64,000 nt of DNA, taken from an uncultured Poribacteria bacterium (GTDB taxonomy: Bacteria; Poribacteria; WGA-4E; WGA-3G). A program made the position numbers and the translations under genes. Position 1 is the first letter of the stretch. Each line of letters opens with the position of its first letter. This document shows, piece after piece, positions 47,367-56,884 of the stretch. Location of the stretch: the NCBI GenBank assembly GCA_958296135.2, contig CATQHZ020000001.1, positions 2,432,001-2,496,000 on the forward strand, written 5' to 3'. The notes under the pieces were generated by a model, which was given only the letters and a program-made list of their open reading frames with translations, was not told the DNA's origin and searched no databases.

Positions 47367-49664
47367 CTAATGTCCGTTGCGCTGCAGCGCAGTCACAACC
47401 TTTTCCGGTTTGATCGGCAGCTCGTTAATCCGAATGCCGACAGCATCTCGGACAGCGTTTGCCATCGTCGCCAACGTCGGCGTAATCGGCGGCTCCCCGA
47501 CACCCTTGGCACCATAGGGGCCATTCGGCGCGGGCACCTCAACAATGACAGACTCCACCGTCGGCAGATCGGCGGAGGTGGGGACACGGTAATCGACAAA
47601 GCCGGGGTTGACGTTGCCGCTCTCGTTATACTGCATCTCCTCCATCATTGCCCAAGCATAGCCTTGCACCACGCCGCCCTCAATCTGCCCCTCAACCGTC
47701 ATCGGATTAATCGCGAACCCGACATCTTGAGAAGCAATCAGTTTCAGAACTCGCGTGCGGCCAGTTTCCGGATCTACCTCAACTTTCGCAATCTGGGCAG
47801 CAAGTGCAGGAGTACTCGGTTGCCGTGCAAAGGAACCCTTCCCAACAATCGGACCGCCGGTGGTGGACAGACTGTAGGCTGCCAACTCGCCCAACGAAAT
47901 GGACTTCGGCGGATCGGCGGTGATAATATGCACAGCCCCTTCACGAAGTTCCAAGTTATCCACGTTGGTATTGAGCCGCTCCGAGGCGAGTTCCAGAATC
48001 CGCCGATGCGTATCTTCCGCCGCCAATTTCGCAGTGTTGCCCATCGTGAACGTCACGACGCTCCCGCCGGAACCGGTGGAATACGGCGCGGAGTCAGTAT
48101 CGCCGCGCGTAATCGTCACATTCTCGTAAGGCACCGTCAAAATCTCGGCGATAATCTGCGAGATCGAGGTATCCGTACCCGTGATATCCATAGAACCATG
48201 GAAAATTCGGACGCTGCCATCTTCGTGGACAGAGATGTATACACCGCCGGGGCCGCAACCGTTCGTCCAATCGCCGACAGCGACACCCCAGCCTTGGTTT
48301 TCGTCAGTTTCGCGTTCCCACCAGCCGGCGGCATCCGCGACAGCCTGCAAAGTCTCCTTGTAACCCACTTTCGGTTCACTGCCGCCGGCGGGAACTGCGT
48401 CGCCTTCTTCGCGCATGTTCATGAGCCGAAATTCAACCGCATCCATGCCGATGCGTTCCGCAATCTCGTCAAGTTGAGATTCGCCGGCGAAGATGGCTTG
48501 CGGCGCACCCGGTGCCCGATAAGCAGCCGTCCCAGATTTGTTCGTGTGAACGCCGTAAGCATCTACCTTGAGGTTCGGAATCTTATAGACACCGCGCACC
48601 CGAATCGTGCTACCGATGGAAGCACCAGAGACAGAACCTGAATCCCAGAAGGCAAGAGCCTGCCGCGCAAGAATGCGGCCGTCCTTCGTCGCACCCGTTT
48701 TCAACTTGATAACGCAACCGGGAGCCGGTCTGCCATCGAGGAATTCCTCTTCGCGTGTCATCTGAACCCGCACCGGACGGCCCGTCTTCTGCGAGAGCAA
48801 CACGGCCGGAACATGCGTAATGATGACACCAAAACGTCCCCCGAAACCGCCCCCCATCGTGGTGCCGATAACGTTCACCTGTGTGAGCGGAATGCCGAGG
48901 GTACCGGCAATACCGGAACGGATAGCGAACGGTCCTTGCGTAGATGCCCACACCGTCACCTTCCCAGATGAATCCGCACTCGCCACAGAGACATGCGGCT
49001 CCATGTAGGTTTGATGGACACGCGGGATGACGTAAGTATCCTCAACGACTACGTCGGAATCGGCGAATCCCTGCTCAACATCGCCCGCCTCGGTGTGGCT
49101 TTCCGCAGAAATGTTGTAGTAGACCTCATCGGGATACTTCTCTAATTCCGCCTCCAGCGAGCGGATTTCATCCCCGTGGTCATTCTCTTTATCACGAGCG
49201 AGTTTCCGAAGCTGCGTGCTAATGCCGCGGCGATTCGGTCCGTCCTTCGTCGCATCGCCATGCAAACGCGGTGCTGACGGCTTAATCGCTTCCATGACAT
49301 CCTGCACGACCGGCAGGACTTCGTATTCAATGTGAACGAGCTCGGCGGCCTCTTCAGCGATATCCGGATCGGTGGCGGCGACAGCGGCAAGCGGTTCACC
49401 CAGGTAAAGCACCTTATCCGTCGCGAAGACGCGGCGGCCGCTCAGCACGTCTGCCTGTGTGATGATTGCCCTGACACCGGAAAGTTTCTCCGCCTCGCTG
49501 GTATCAATACGAATGATATTGGCGTGGGCATGCTTACTACGGATAATCTTGCCGTAGAGCATCCCCGCGGGGTGGACATCCGCGCCGTAGTGAGCGGCAC
49601 CTGTCACCTTCTCAATAGCATCGACCCGAGGCACTTTTTGGCCGACAACAGTATAATCTGACAT
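47367..49664 (-). CDS. Xanthine dehydrogenase family molybdopterin-binding subunit
   Basis: PRVDAIEKVTG, HQTYMEP, MGGGFGG, AYRAPG, GQIEGG, GAKGVGEPP. Confidence 0.93.
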   Translation of the reverse strand: MSDYTVVGQKVPRVDAIEKVTGAAHYGADVHPAGMLYGKIIRSKHAHANIIRIDTSEAEKLSGVRAIITQADVLSGRRVFATDKVLYLGEPLAAVAATDPDIAEEAAELVHIEYEVLPVVQDVMEAIKPSAPRLHGDATKDGPNRRGISTQLRKLARDKENDHGDEIRSLEAELEKYPDEVYYNISAESHTEAGDVEQGFADSDVVVEDTYVIPRVHQTYMEPHVSVASADSSGKVTVWASTQGPFAIRSGIAGTLGIPLTQVNVIGTTMGGGFGGRFGVIITHVPAVLLSQKTGRPVRVQMTREEEFLDGRPAPGCVIKLKTGATKDGRILARQALAFWDSGSVSGASIGSTIRVRGVYKIPNLKVDAYGVHTNKSGTAAYRAPGAPQAIFAGESQLDEIAERIGMDAVEFRLMNMREEGDAVPAGGSEPKVGYKETLQAVADAAGWWERETDENQGWGVAVGDWTNGCGPGGVYISVHEDGSVRIFHGSMDITGTDTSISQIIAEILTVPYENVTITRGDTDSAPYSTGSGGSVVTFTMGNTAKLAAEDTHRRILELASERLNTNVDNLELREGAVHIITADPPKSISLGELAAYSLSTTGGPIVGKGSFARQPSTPALAAQIAKVEVDPETGRTRVLKLIASQDVGFAINPMTVEGQIEGGVVQGYAWAMMEEMQYNESGNVNPGFVDYRVPTSADLPTVESVIVEVPAPNGPYGAKGVGEPPITPTLATMANAVRDAVGIRINELPIKPEKVVTALQRNGH

Positions 49665-49778
49665 GCATTTCTCCTATCAACCGCAGTCTGTCAGACTGCG
49701 GGAAGTGCACCAGTAGGAGAGACCTCTAGGCCCGAGGCGCGCAAGCATCGCGACCGGGAGGTCCCGCCTACCCACAAC

Positions 49779-50009
49779 CTATGTGCTTGCGACGAGGTGA
49801 TGGAGTTTACCGCGCCCGATAGCCGTGTTGCATCGTTTGCAAACGTTCACGGTATCTTCACCAACTTCTCGGCTATAAAGCACTTTCACGCCGGTGCGCC
49901 CACAGACAGGGCAAGTCCCCCGGCCGTTGTTATATTGGCCGGCGTGGATGTTGCCGTTCAAATCGACGTAGAGATGCTTTATGCCTTTTCCACGATGTGT
50001 TTTCGCCAT
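49779..50009 (-). CDS. Small basic Zn-ribbon protein (76 aa), possibly bL38-like
   Basis: MAKTHRGKGIK...GRGTCPVCGRTGVKVLY...VCKRC: CX2C-X20-CX2C; AGGA RBS. Confidence 0.7.
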   Translation of the reverse strand: MAKTHRGKGIKHLYVDLNGNIHAGQYNNGRGTCPVCGRTGVKVLYSREVGEDTVNVCKRCNTAIGRGKLHHLVAST

Positions 50010-50234
50010 TTTTGTTGTTCCTAACAGTTGTTCGGCTGCGTCTAGGCAAGCCGAGATTGACTGAGCAGCCTGTCTTGACGTTTTCAAGACTTGCTGTTCT
50101 GAGTTATAACTTGTAGAACCGACGCGAACATCTCCCATAGGCGCGGTTACAAACCTCGCTTGTGGGGGCCTGCCGTTTTTTTCCGTCTGTCCTATTTATG
50201 AAGCGGCGTAGCGAGGGACAGGTTTTCCCTTCTC

Positions 50235-50714
50235 CTACGCAGTCGTCCGGATTTCTTCGGCGGCTTGCATCACCGCTTCCAGAATCTTGGTATAGCCAGT
50301 GCATCGGCAGATGTTCCCACCAAGGGCGTGACGGAACTCCTCCTCGGTCCGAGCCGGATTTTCATCAAGCAACGCCTTCGATGCCATGATGAAACCGGGT
50401 GTGCAGAACCCGCACTGGTAGCCACCGGTATCAATAAACGCTTGCTGCACCGGATGAAGTTCGCCATCGGCGGCAAGCCCTTCAATCGTCATAATCGCTT
50501 TGTCCGCGGCAGTGACACCGAGCACCATGCAGGACGTGACAGCTCTGCCATCAACGATGACGGTGCATGCACCGCAGTCACCCGTGCTACACCCCTCCTT
50601 GGTGCCTGTCAAACCGATCGTATCGCGAAGCACAGCAAGCAGCGTTTTGCGCGGTTCAATAAGTAAATCGTACCCGTCGCCGTTGACGGTGAGCGTGACA
50701 GGAAGTTTTGCCAT
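50235..50714 (-). CDS. Xanthine dehydrogenase family (2Fe-2S) subunit
   Basis: GTKEGCSTGDCGACTV, QCGFCTPG, GNICRCTGY. Confidence 0.95.
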   Translation of the reverse strand: MAKLPVTLTVNGDGYDLLIEPRKTLLAVLRDTIGLTGTKEGCSTGDCGACTVIVDGRAVTSCMVLGVTAADKAIMTIEGLAADGELHPVQQAFIDTGGYQCGFCTPGFIMASKALLDENPARTEEEFRHALGGNICRCTGYTKILEAVMQAAEEIRTTA

Positions 50715-50796
50715 ATTTTTCTCCTATAAAAAACGTTTTTAGGCGTGTCCCGGTTAAAGAAGCACCGCTGAGACACAAGGTTTTGCCCTACAGTGC

Positions 50797-51651
50797 CTAG
50801 GCGTGTGCTCTAGCGACAGCCTCTCGCACCGTGCGTCTCGTGAGGACATCAACCATCTCTCTGCGGTGTTCCGCGGAGCAGCGTAAATCGGATATCGGAC
50901 TGCAGGCGGCAGCGGCGGCTTCACCCGCCTCGGCGAGAATCGCGTCAGTGAGTGACTTGCCCGCCAACAATTCCTCCGCCTCCGTCGCGCGAATCGGTGT
51001 CGGTGCAACAGCGGCAAGGCCAATCCGCGCCCCGGTAATCGTGCCGTTATCCATATCCACAGCTGCGGCAACGCCGATGAACGCCAAATCCATCACTTCC
51101 CGGATCTTATGCTTAATGTAGTGCGAACCAGAAGCCGGACTCGGCAACCGAAACCGCGTCATAATCTCACCCGCCGTTAAGATAGTCTGCCCCGGTCCCG
51201 TGAAAAGGGCATGAATCGGCACGGAACGTTCACCGTCGGCACTGGCGATATCCACTTGTGCGTCAAGCGCGAGCAGGGCTGCCACCGTGTCAGCGGCGGG
51301 AGAAGCGTGCGCGATGTTCCCGCCGAGAGTCGCCAAATTGCGAATCTGGATAGAACCGATTTCGGCGGCACCTTCCGCCAGCGCAGTGTAACCGTTCCGA
51401 ATTTCCTCGGACAATTCAACATCCCGCACCCTCGTCATCACACCGATGGATACACCGCCATCAGCATCAGTAGTGATACCGGCCAGCCCCGCAATCTTTT
51501 GTAAACTGATGACAGATTGCGGCGTTTCGGTTAGTGCCTTCATGCCGATAACCAGGTCTGTCCCACCGGCGAGCAGTTGTGCATGCTCCTGCGCGAACAG
51601 GCGCGATGCCTCCGCAAGCGTGGTGGGTTCAAAAAACTCAAAACTTCTCAC
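50797..51651 (-). CDS. Xanthine dehydrogenase family FAD-binding subunit
   Basis: LAGGTDL, QIRNLATLGGNIAHASPAAD, PISDLRCS. Confidence 0.93.
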   Translation of the reverse strand: MRSFEFFEPTTLAEASRLFAQEHAQLLAGGTDLVIGMKALTETPQSVISLQKIAGLAGITTDADGGVSIGVMTRVRDVELSEEIRNGYTALAEGAAEIGSIQIRNLATLGGNIAHASPAADTVAALLALDAQVDIASADGERSVPIHALFTGPGQTILTAGEIMTRFRLPSPASGSHYIKHKIREVMDLAFIGVAAAVDMDNGTITGARIGLAAVAPTPIRATEAEELLAGKSLTDAILAEAGEAAAAACSPISDLRCSAEHRREMVDVLTRRTVREAVARAHA

Positions 51652-51845
51652 ATTTAATCCTCCGTTTCATTTAATTCGGCGAAGCCCGCCGGGCTGCGCG
51701 GCTTTCCCGCCCAATAAAAGGATACCCTATTCGCGGGTGTTTGTCAACCTTAATTGAGAGCCACGGCGTTTCTCAATGACTCTGCCGCATACCGGCGCAT
51801 CGGGACAAGGATGTCCCTTCTACCGCTACAAGGCGATTATCTACA

Positions 51846-53090
51846 TTACGGAATCGGCCATCCCGGTGTCGGTTCCGCGCGGAGTGCCTCAAGTTCATAC
51901 AACTCATCGACGGTAATTTCGCGGCCGAGTTTTGCGGACAATAGCGCGCCGCTCATAATCTCCGTGACTTTCAAACCGACATCGCCGTTGCTGACAGGTT
52001 GCGCCTCGCTGTTACAAGCATTGAGGAAATCGAGGAACTTGTCCGGAAAATCCTTATCCGGCAGTTCCAACGGCGTTTCCACGAGTTCGCCCTGATAACG
52101 GCGGCGATTCCCCTGCGCATTAGTACCCCACGTCCCCTTTTCAAGGAAGAGGGCATCGTTGCTGAACGCACCCTTGGAACCGAAGATAAAGATACCTTGC
52201 GGCTGCCCGCTCATATTGCTAGCCCAGCCGTTTTCATACGTAAACGACATGCCGTTGGTAAAACGGACAAACACCGAGGCGTGCTCCTCAACATCGTTAA
52301 TCTCCTCACCGGTGTACTCTGGTAACATGCCGCGATAGGCGACACCGCTAATCGTGGCAGGCTGCGGCGAACCGAGCAGATAAATGGAACGGTTGATGAG
52401 GTAGACACCCGTGTCATAGATGGTGCCGCCGCCGCTGTAAACCGAATTGAGAAACCATCTGCCGAACCCAAACATATCTACATTTGGGCGGCCGCGCGTG
52501 CGGTAACTAGTCAGTCTGCCGTAGTAGACATCGCCAAGTTTGCCGCTAGTAATGTAGTCCCTGATAGCGTAACTCCCCGGGTCGAGGCAGGTACCACCGC
52601 TCTGGTAAGCAAGTTTCACGCCTGCCTTATCGCACGCGTCGCGCATGTTCCTCGCCTCTGTCGCCGTGCGCGCCATCGGTTTCTCGCAGAAAACATGCTT
52701 ACCGGCATTTGCCGCCGCTACAGTGGCAGGTTCGTGGACAAACGGCGGCGCGGCGATGCTGATAGCATCAAGCTCACAGTCCCGCAACATCTCGTTGTAG
52801 TCACTGAAGATTTTGACACCGTTGTCCTGATATTCAGCCAAGCGCGCACTTCGTGCAGTGAGCTGCGCACGTGCTTCGGCGGTATCCGCCTTTTCTACCG
52901 CCTCTTTTGCGGATGCAGCGCGTGCCGCCGCACTAGAAAGCACCTCTGCATGCCGGCGTTGCGCGTTCGCATCCACCGTATCACAGACAGCGACGATTTC
53001 CGCGTGCTCAGGATGCGCGAGGTAGCCGTTGATATGTGAACCGGATATCATGCCGCACCCAATCAGTCCGATCTTGATGCGTTTCGCCAT
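51846..53090 (-). CDS. Gfo/Idh/MocA family oxidoreductase
   Basis: IGCGMIS, GKHVFCEKP, GGGTIYDTGVY. Confidence 0.9.
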   Translation of the reverse strand: MAKRIKIGLIGCGMISGSHINGYLAHPEHAEIVAVCDTVDANAQRRHAEVLSSAAARAASAKEAVEKADTAEARAQLTARSARLAEYQDNGVKIFSDYNEMLRDCELDAISIAAPPFVHEPATVAAANAGKHVFCEKPMARTATEARNMRDACDKAGVKLAYQSGGTCLDPGSYAIRDYITSGKLGDVYYGRLTSYRTRGRPNVDMFGFGRWFLNSVYSGGGTIYDTGVYLINRSIYLLGSPQPATISGVAYRGMLPEYTGEEINDVEEHASVFVRFTNGMSFTYENGWASNMSGQPQGIFIFGSKGAFSNDALFLEKGTWGTNAQGNRRRYQGELVETPLELPDKDFPDKFLDFLNACNSEAQPVSNGDVGLKVTEIMSGALLSAKLGREITVDELYELEALRAEPTPGWPIP

Positions 53091-53146
53091 GGTAATGCTC
53101 CTATTGTCATTGAACTCCGATGGAGTTCAGATGATTCGCCCCCGTT

Positions 53147-53812
53147 TTACAGATGCCCGGTTGGGGTACGTCCCACCCCCACTTTAACGTGGGTATCTGC
53201 CAACTGCGCTTGAACGTGTTCAATGCACTCCTGGAGATTCTTGAACGGCGAGCGCGGATAGGACTCGATGCTGAAACCCAGGTCATTCTCGCCGAAGGTT
53301 ACCATATCCACGCCCGGTTTTGCCAACTTGCGAACGTTAATGACAGCATCCACCGACTCGATTTGCAAAATGAGGATACCGTTATTGTTCCACCACTCGG
53401 CGTATTCCAAGCGGCCCATGCCGCGCTGAATGCCACAGCCGTTGCTCGGCCCCCAACTTCGTTTGCCGATTTGCGGATAGTAGAAAGCATCGACTGCCTC
53501 ATCCACCGTTTCCACTCTCTCCACTTGCGGAACGACAATCGCGAGCGGCCCTAAATCCAGCAGATTGCCGATGAGATACGCGTGGCGCGTATGTTTAATC
53601 CGGAGCTGCACGCCAACACCGAGGGCCGCCGCCATCTTGCAGTACTCCACGAGCTGCACCTCGTCCGCGGCCGCATGCTGATGGTCTGCCCCGATAAGCG
53701 CGTAGTCATCTCCGCTGAGAACGGCCGCCATCTCGTCTTGAGTGCAACCGAACGGAACACCGCCGGCGATTTTGATTGCCTCTTTATTGCGAATTCGCTG
53801 TTTCAAAGACAT
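53147..53812 (-). CDS. HpcH/HpaI aldolase family protein
   Basis: Likely start MSLKQRI at 53812; LDLGP...VPQVE, YPQIGKRSWG, QIES, FGENDL. Confidence 0.85.
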   Translation of the reverse strand: MSLKQRIRNKEAIKIAGGVPFGCTQDEMAAVLSGDDYALIGADHQHAAADEVQLVEYCKMAAALGVGVQLRIKHTRHAYLIGNLLDLGPLAIVVPQVERVETVDEAVDAFYYPQIGKRSWGPSNGCGIQRGMGRLEYAEWWNNNGILILQIESVDAVINVRKLAKPGVDMVTFGENDLGFSIESYPRSPFKNLQECIEHVQAQLADTHVKVGVGRTPTGHL

Positions 53813-53843
53813 CGGGCTCTCCTCCAGAATTGATATGACATTT

Positions 53844-53871
53844 ATTATAGCGATTTTTGGTTTTTTGTCAA
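53844..53871 (-). promoter_or_regulatory. sigma70-type promoter
   Basis: TTGACA-16nt-TATAAT upstream of 53812. Confidence 0.65.
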
Positions 53872-53920
53872 GTTTTTTAACTATTCGCATATTTTGCACC
53901 AAAGGAGGCACCCCTCTCCC

Positions 53921-54097
53921 CGGTAGGAAAGCCCTCCCGGTCTCGATGCAGGAGAAACTCTCCCCGGTAGGAAAGCCCTCCCGCGTCTCGATGCAGGAGA
54001 AACTCTCCCCGGTAGGAAAGCCCTCCCGCGTCTCGATGCAGGAAAGCCCTCCCAGTCTCAATGCCCCCCGTATCGGGACAAGGATGTCCCTCCTACC
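53921..54097. repeat. About 45-bp tandem REP repeats x3 plus an inverted REP
   Basis: GGTAGGAAAGCCCTCCCG(C)GTCTCGATGCAGGA units, then ATCGGGACAAGGATGTCCCTCCTAC. Confidence 0.85.
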
Positions 54098-54148
54098 GAC
54101 GGATCCCAAAAGGGACAACTAAATCGTCCTGAAAAACCAACCCAACGC

Positions 54149-54177
54149 TTGAAAATTTTCCGAAATTTTGATATACT
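54149..54177 (+). promoter_or_regulatory. sigma70-type promoter
   Basis: TTGAAA-17nt-TATACT upstream of ATG 54212. Confidence 0.55.
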
Positions 54178-54211
54178 ATATAACAATCACGACGGTAGGG
54201 GAAAAGAACGC

Positions 54212-55039
54212 ATGCACACTATCCATTCCACTTTGACAGAGGAGGAAAAGTGGTATTTCGATTTACACGGCTTTCTCGTCTTGCGGGCTGTCATTCCGAA
54301 AGACGAAGTCGCGGAGATGTTAAAAGTGCTTCGGCACTGGCTAACAATTGACGAGGCAGTCCTCCCGCCGCCGTTAAAACGGAGCCGACAGGAGCCGTGT
54401 AAAACACACATCGATCACGTCCAATACGGACATCCATTGTTTGAAAAACTCGCGATGCATCCTGACATCATGCGGGTTGTGGCGGGGTTAACGATGAACG
54501 CGCCGCGCTTATTCCACTGCAATTTCACGATGATGACGAAGCACGATTCACCGCAGCACTTCCATCGCGATGACAGCGGGTTTAAATTCCCACCGGGCTT
54601 CCGCAATCCGCACAACGATTATCAGGCCGCCGCGGGGCATATCTACTGTAGCCACATCGCAACGTGGGTTGCACTCGTAGATGTGCCGCCGGGCACCGGC
54701 TTTTGTCTTGTCCCCGGCAGTCATAAATCCCAGTTTCCGACACCGGCGGACTTGCCCGTGAAACACGCGCCGCCGACATCCATAACGCTGCCGATGAACG
54801 CAGGCGATGTCGCAATCTTCTCAACGAACCTGCTCCACGATGCAAGCCCGTGGACAGAAAACTCCCCGCGCATGAATATCTTTCAACGCTACCAACTGAG
54901 TGCCTATTTCAATGAGACAGGCAAGAGCGGCTATCCGCTTGACGAGCATCGCGATAAAATCTCGGCGGCACAATATGAGTTGGAATCGCTCTCGAAAGAG
55001 GTGAAAGTAGCGGTAAAACGCATTTTGCCAGAACCGTAA
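54212..55039 (+). CDS. PhyH family dioxygenase
   Basis: FDLHGFLVL, HRD, LVPGSHKS, AGDVAIF...LLH. Confidence 0.85.
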   Translation: MHTIHSTLTEEEKWYFDLHGFLVLRAVIPKDEVAEMLKVLRHWLTIDEAVLPPPLKRSRQEPCKTHIDHVQYGHPLFEKLAMHPDIMRVVAGLTMNAPRLFHCNFTMMTKHDSPQHFHRDDSGFKFPPGFRNPHNDYQAAAGHIYCSHIATWVALVDVPPGTGFCLVPGSHKSQFPTPADLPVKHAPPTSITLPMNAGDVAIFSTNLLHDASPWTENSPRMNIFQRYQLSAYFNETGKSGYPLDEHRDKISAAQYELESLSKEVKVAVKRILPEP

Positions 55040-55054
55040 AAACCGGAGGTAGAC

Positions 55055-55819
55055 ATGAGCTTAAACGAACACGTATGTATTATCACAGGCGGCGGCAGCG
55101 GCATCGGCCGCGGTGCCGCCATCAGACTGGCACAAGACGGTGCCACCGTTGCCATTGCAGGCAGAACAGCAGCGAAGTTAGATGCTGTCACAGCTGAAAT
55201 CGAGGCAGCAGGCGGCACCGCCGCAGCCTATACCCTCGATGTGGCAGACCACGCCGCTGTGCAAAAAATGGTAAACGATGTGCTTGAGAAATTCGGCCGC
55301 ATCGATGTATTGGTAAACAACGCCGGGCACAGTTCGCTGCATCGGCGGCTCCTCAATACCACACCCGAAGAGGTACGCTCGGTCATCGATTCAAACCTCA
55401 TCGGCACATTTTTCTGCACACAGGCAGTCGTGCCAGCGATGCTGAAAGCGAAAGCGGGAACAATCATCAACATCTCATCGCTCGCGGCGGTTACGCCGGG
55501 GCCGTTTAGCGGGTTTCCGTATGGCGCAGCGAAGGCGGCGGTTATCAACTTCACAGAATATCTCAACACCGATTTGAGAAACACCGGCATCCGCGCGAGC
55601 GTCATCATCCCGGGCGAAGTAGCCACGCCGATTCTGGACAATCGCCCAGTCCCGCCGGGTGCGGAAGCACGCAAACTGATGGTAGATGTCGACGAAACAT
55701 CCGCGGCGATTCACCTCATCGCGTCGCTACCGCAGCGGAGCAACATCCCCGAACTGGTTATTCGTCCGACGATGCACCGGAGCACGGAAGGCGAACTCGT
55801 TCAGTCTAATGAACCTTAG
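55055..55819 (+). CDS. SDR family oxidoreductase
   Basis: TGGGSGIG, NNAG, YGAAK. Confidence 0.93.
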   Translation: MSLNEHVCIITGGGSGIGRGAAIRLAQDGATVAIAGRTAAKLDAVTAEIEAAGGTAAAYTLDVADHAAVQKMVNDVLEKFGRIDVLVNNAGHSSLHRRLLNTTPEEVRSVIDSNLIGTFFCTQAVVPAMLKAKAGTIINISSLAAVTPGPFSGFPYGAAKAAVINFTEYLNTDLRNTGIRASVIIPGEVATPILDNRPVPPGAEARKLMVDVDETSAAIHLIASLPQRSNIPELVIRPTMHRSTEGELVQSNEP

Positions 55820-55879
55820 GGCATCGCCATCAGGATAGCGTATCATGCCCAGAACGTCGCGCCTACTGAGACATCGCGC

Positions 55880-56884
55880 CTATCGGTAAATCGACGTTTC
55901 AGGGTGATACCTTGCCCAAGCAAACCAATAAATATTGACAGCGGGCAAACGCCCCAAACGCTCGCCGCTGCGTTTGCCCACCATCGCTTCACCGGTGATG
56001 AGATTCCATTGCGCCCCGGAGCCATCTTGGGCAAAATAACCGTTTTCATCCGCACCTTTTTGCATCTCAAAGGTTAGGACAGCATCGCCCACGCTCCGCG
56101 CGAAGACAGCCGTCGCAAATGAGGTTTTGTCGTGAAAGATGAGGAGCGGCACACCGCCAACGTTGTCGTTGATTAACGAGGTGTCCGCGAACAGCGTGAG
56201 AGGATAGGCGCGATAATGTTTATCCGCGACCTGAACGCCGATGACGAGTGACTTGTTGGGAAGCCTATCATCGGTGTAGGCCATGCCGCTCACGCCCGCG
56301 CGTTGACTCGCGTGGTAGTCTGCGTACACATCTCGAATTTTCCCTTCCTTTGAGCGGACAGAAAGTACGCGCGTTTCCGGATAGTTTGTCTTCCATGTCT
56401 TCCACGCAATCTGTGGCATGGAGGCGAGCATCTTTAACCGCTTGCCTTTGAGAGGCCCCCGAATCGCCTCCCCCGTAATGTGCGACCAGAGGGAACGGGT
56501 GCCGTGGTCATACATTAAGAGCGCGTCTCGCCACAACTTGCCGCTAACCCCGAAAATGTAGGTTTTTCCATCAAGTTCTCGACTATACACGATAGCCGTT
56601 TTGCAAAGCGGTCACCATGTCGTAGCAATTTTCTTTCCACCGACAACATCGTTGACAATTTCGTGCCCGTTGAGCAGATAGAGCGAATAGGCGCGGCTTT
56701 CGCCGTTAACTGCCACACCGATGACAGGTGCATCGGATGCCAACTTCGCTTCATCGGCAGACACAAATTGCGGCTCGGTGATGGCGGGAATGGCATCGAA
56801 GGGGAGCAGCGTCCGAACCGGGTCTTCGGCATCAGCAACGGCCGCAAAAAGTAGCAATGAGAGGATAAGAAGGTAATTTTTCAT
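55880..56884 (-). CDS. DUF3179-like putative selenoprotein (UxxC motif), exported
   Basis: ORFs 56612-56884 and 55880-56590 share one frame joined by a single TGA: HEIVNDVVGGKKIATTW-U-PLCKTAIVY...FGVSGKLW...MYD...SLWS. Signal peptide present. Confidence 0.88.
56580..56598 (-). promoter_or_regulatory. Bacterial SECIS-like hairpin
   Basis: CGGCUAU-CGUGU-AUAGUCG, starts 13 nt after the UGA, G at loop position 2. Confidence 0.7.

Noticed and set aside
47370-48641. Long antisense ORFs (also 20534-21871, 57602-58675, 10648-11604)
   Set aside because: Shadows of well-supported genes on the opposite strand in GC-rich DNA.
47367-51651. Aerobic CO dehydrogenase (coxMSL)
   Set aside because: Active-site loop is AYRAPG rather than AYxCSFR, and no cox accessory genes are nearby.
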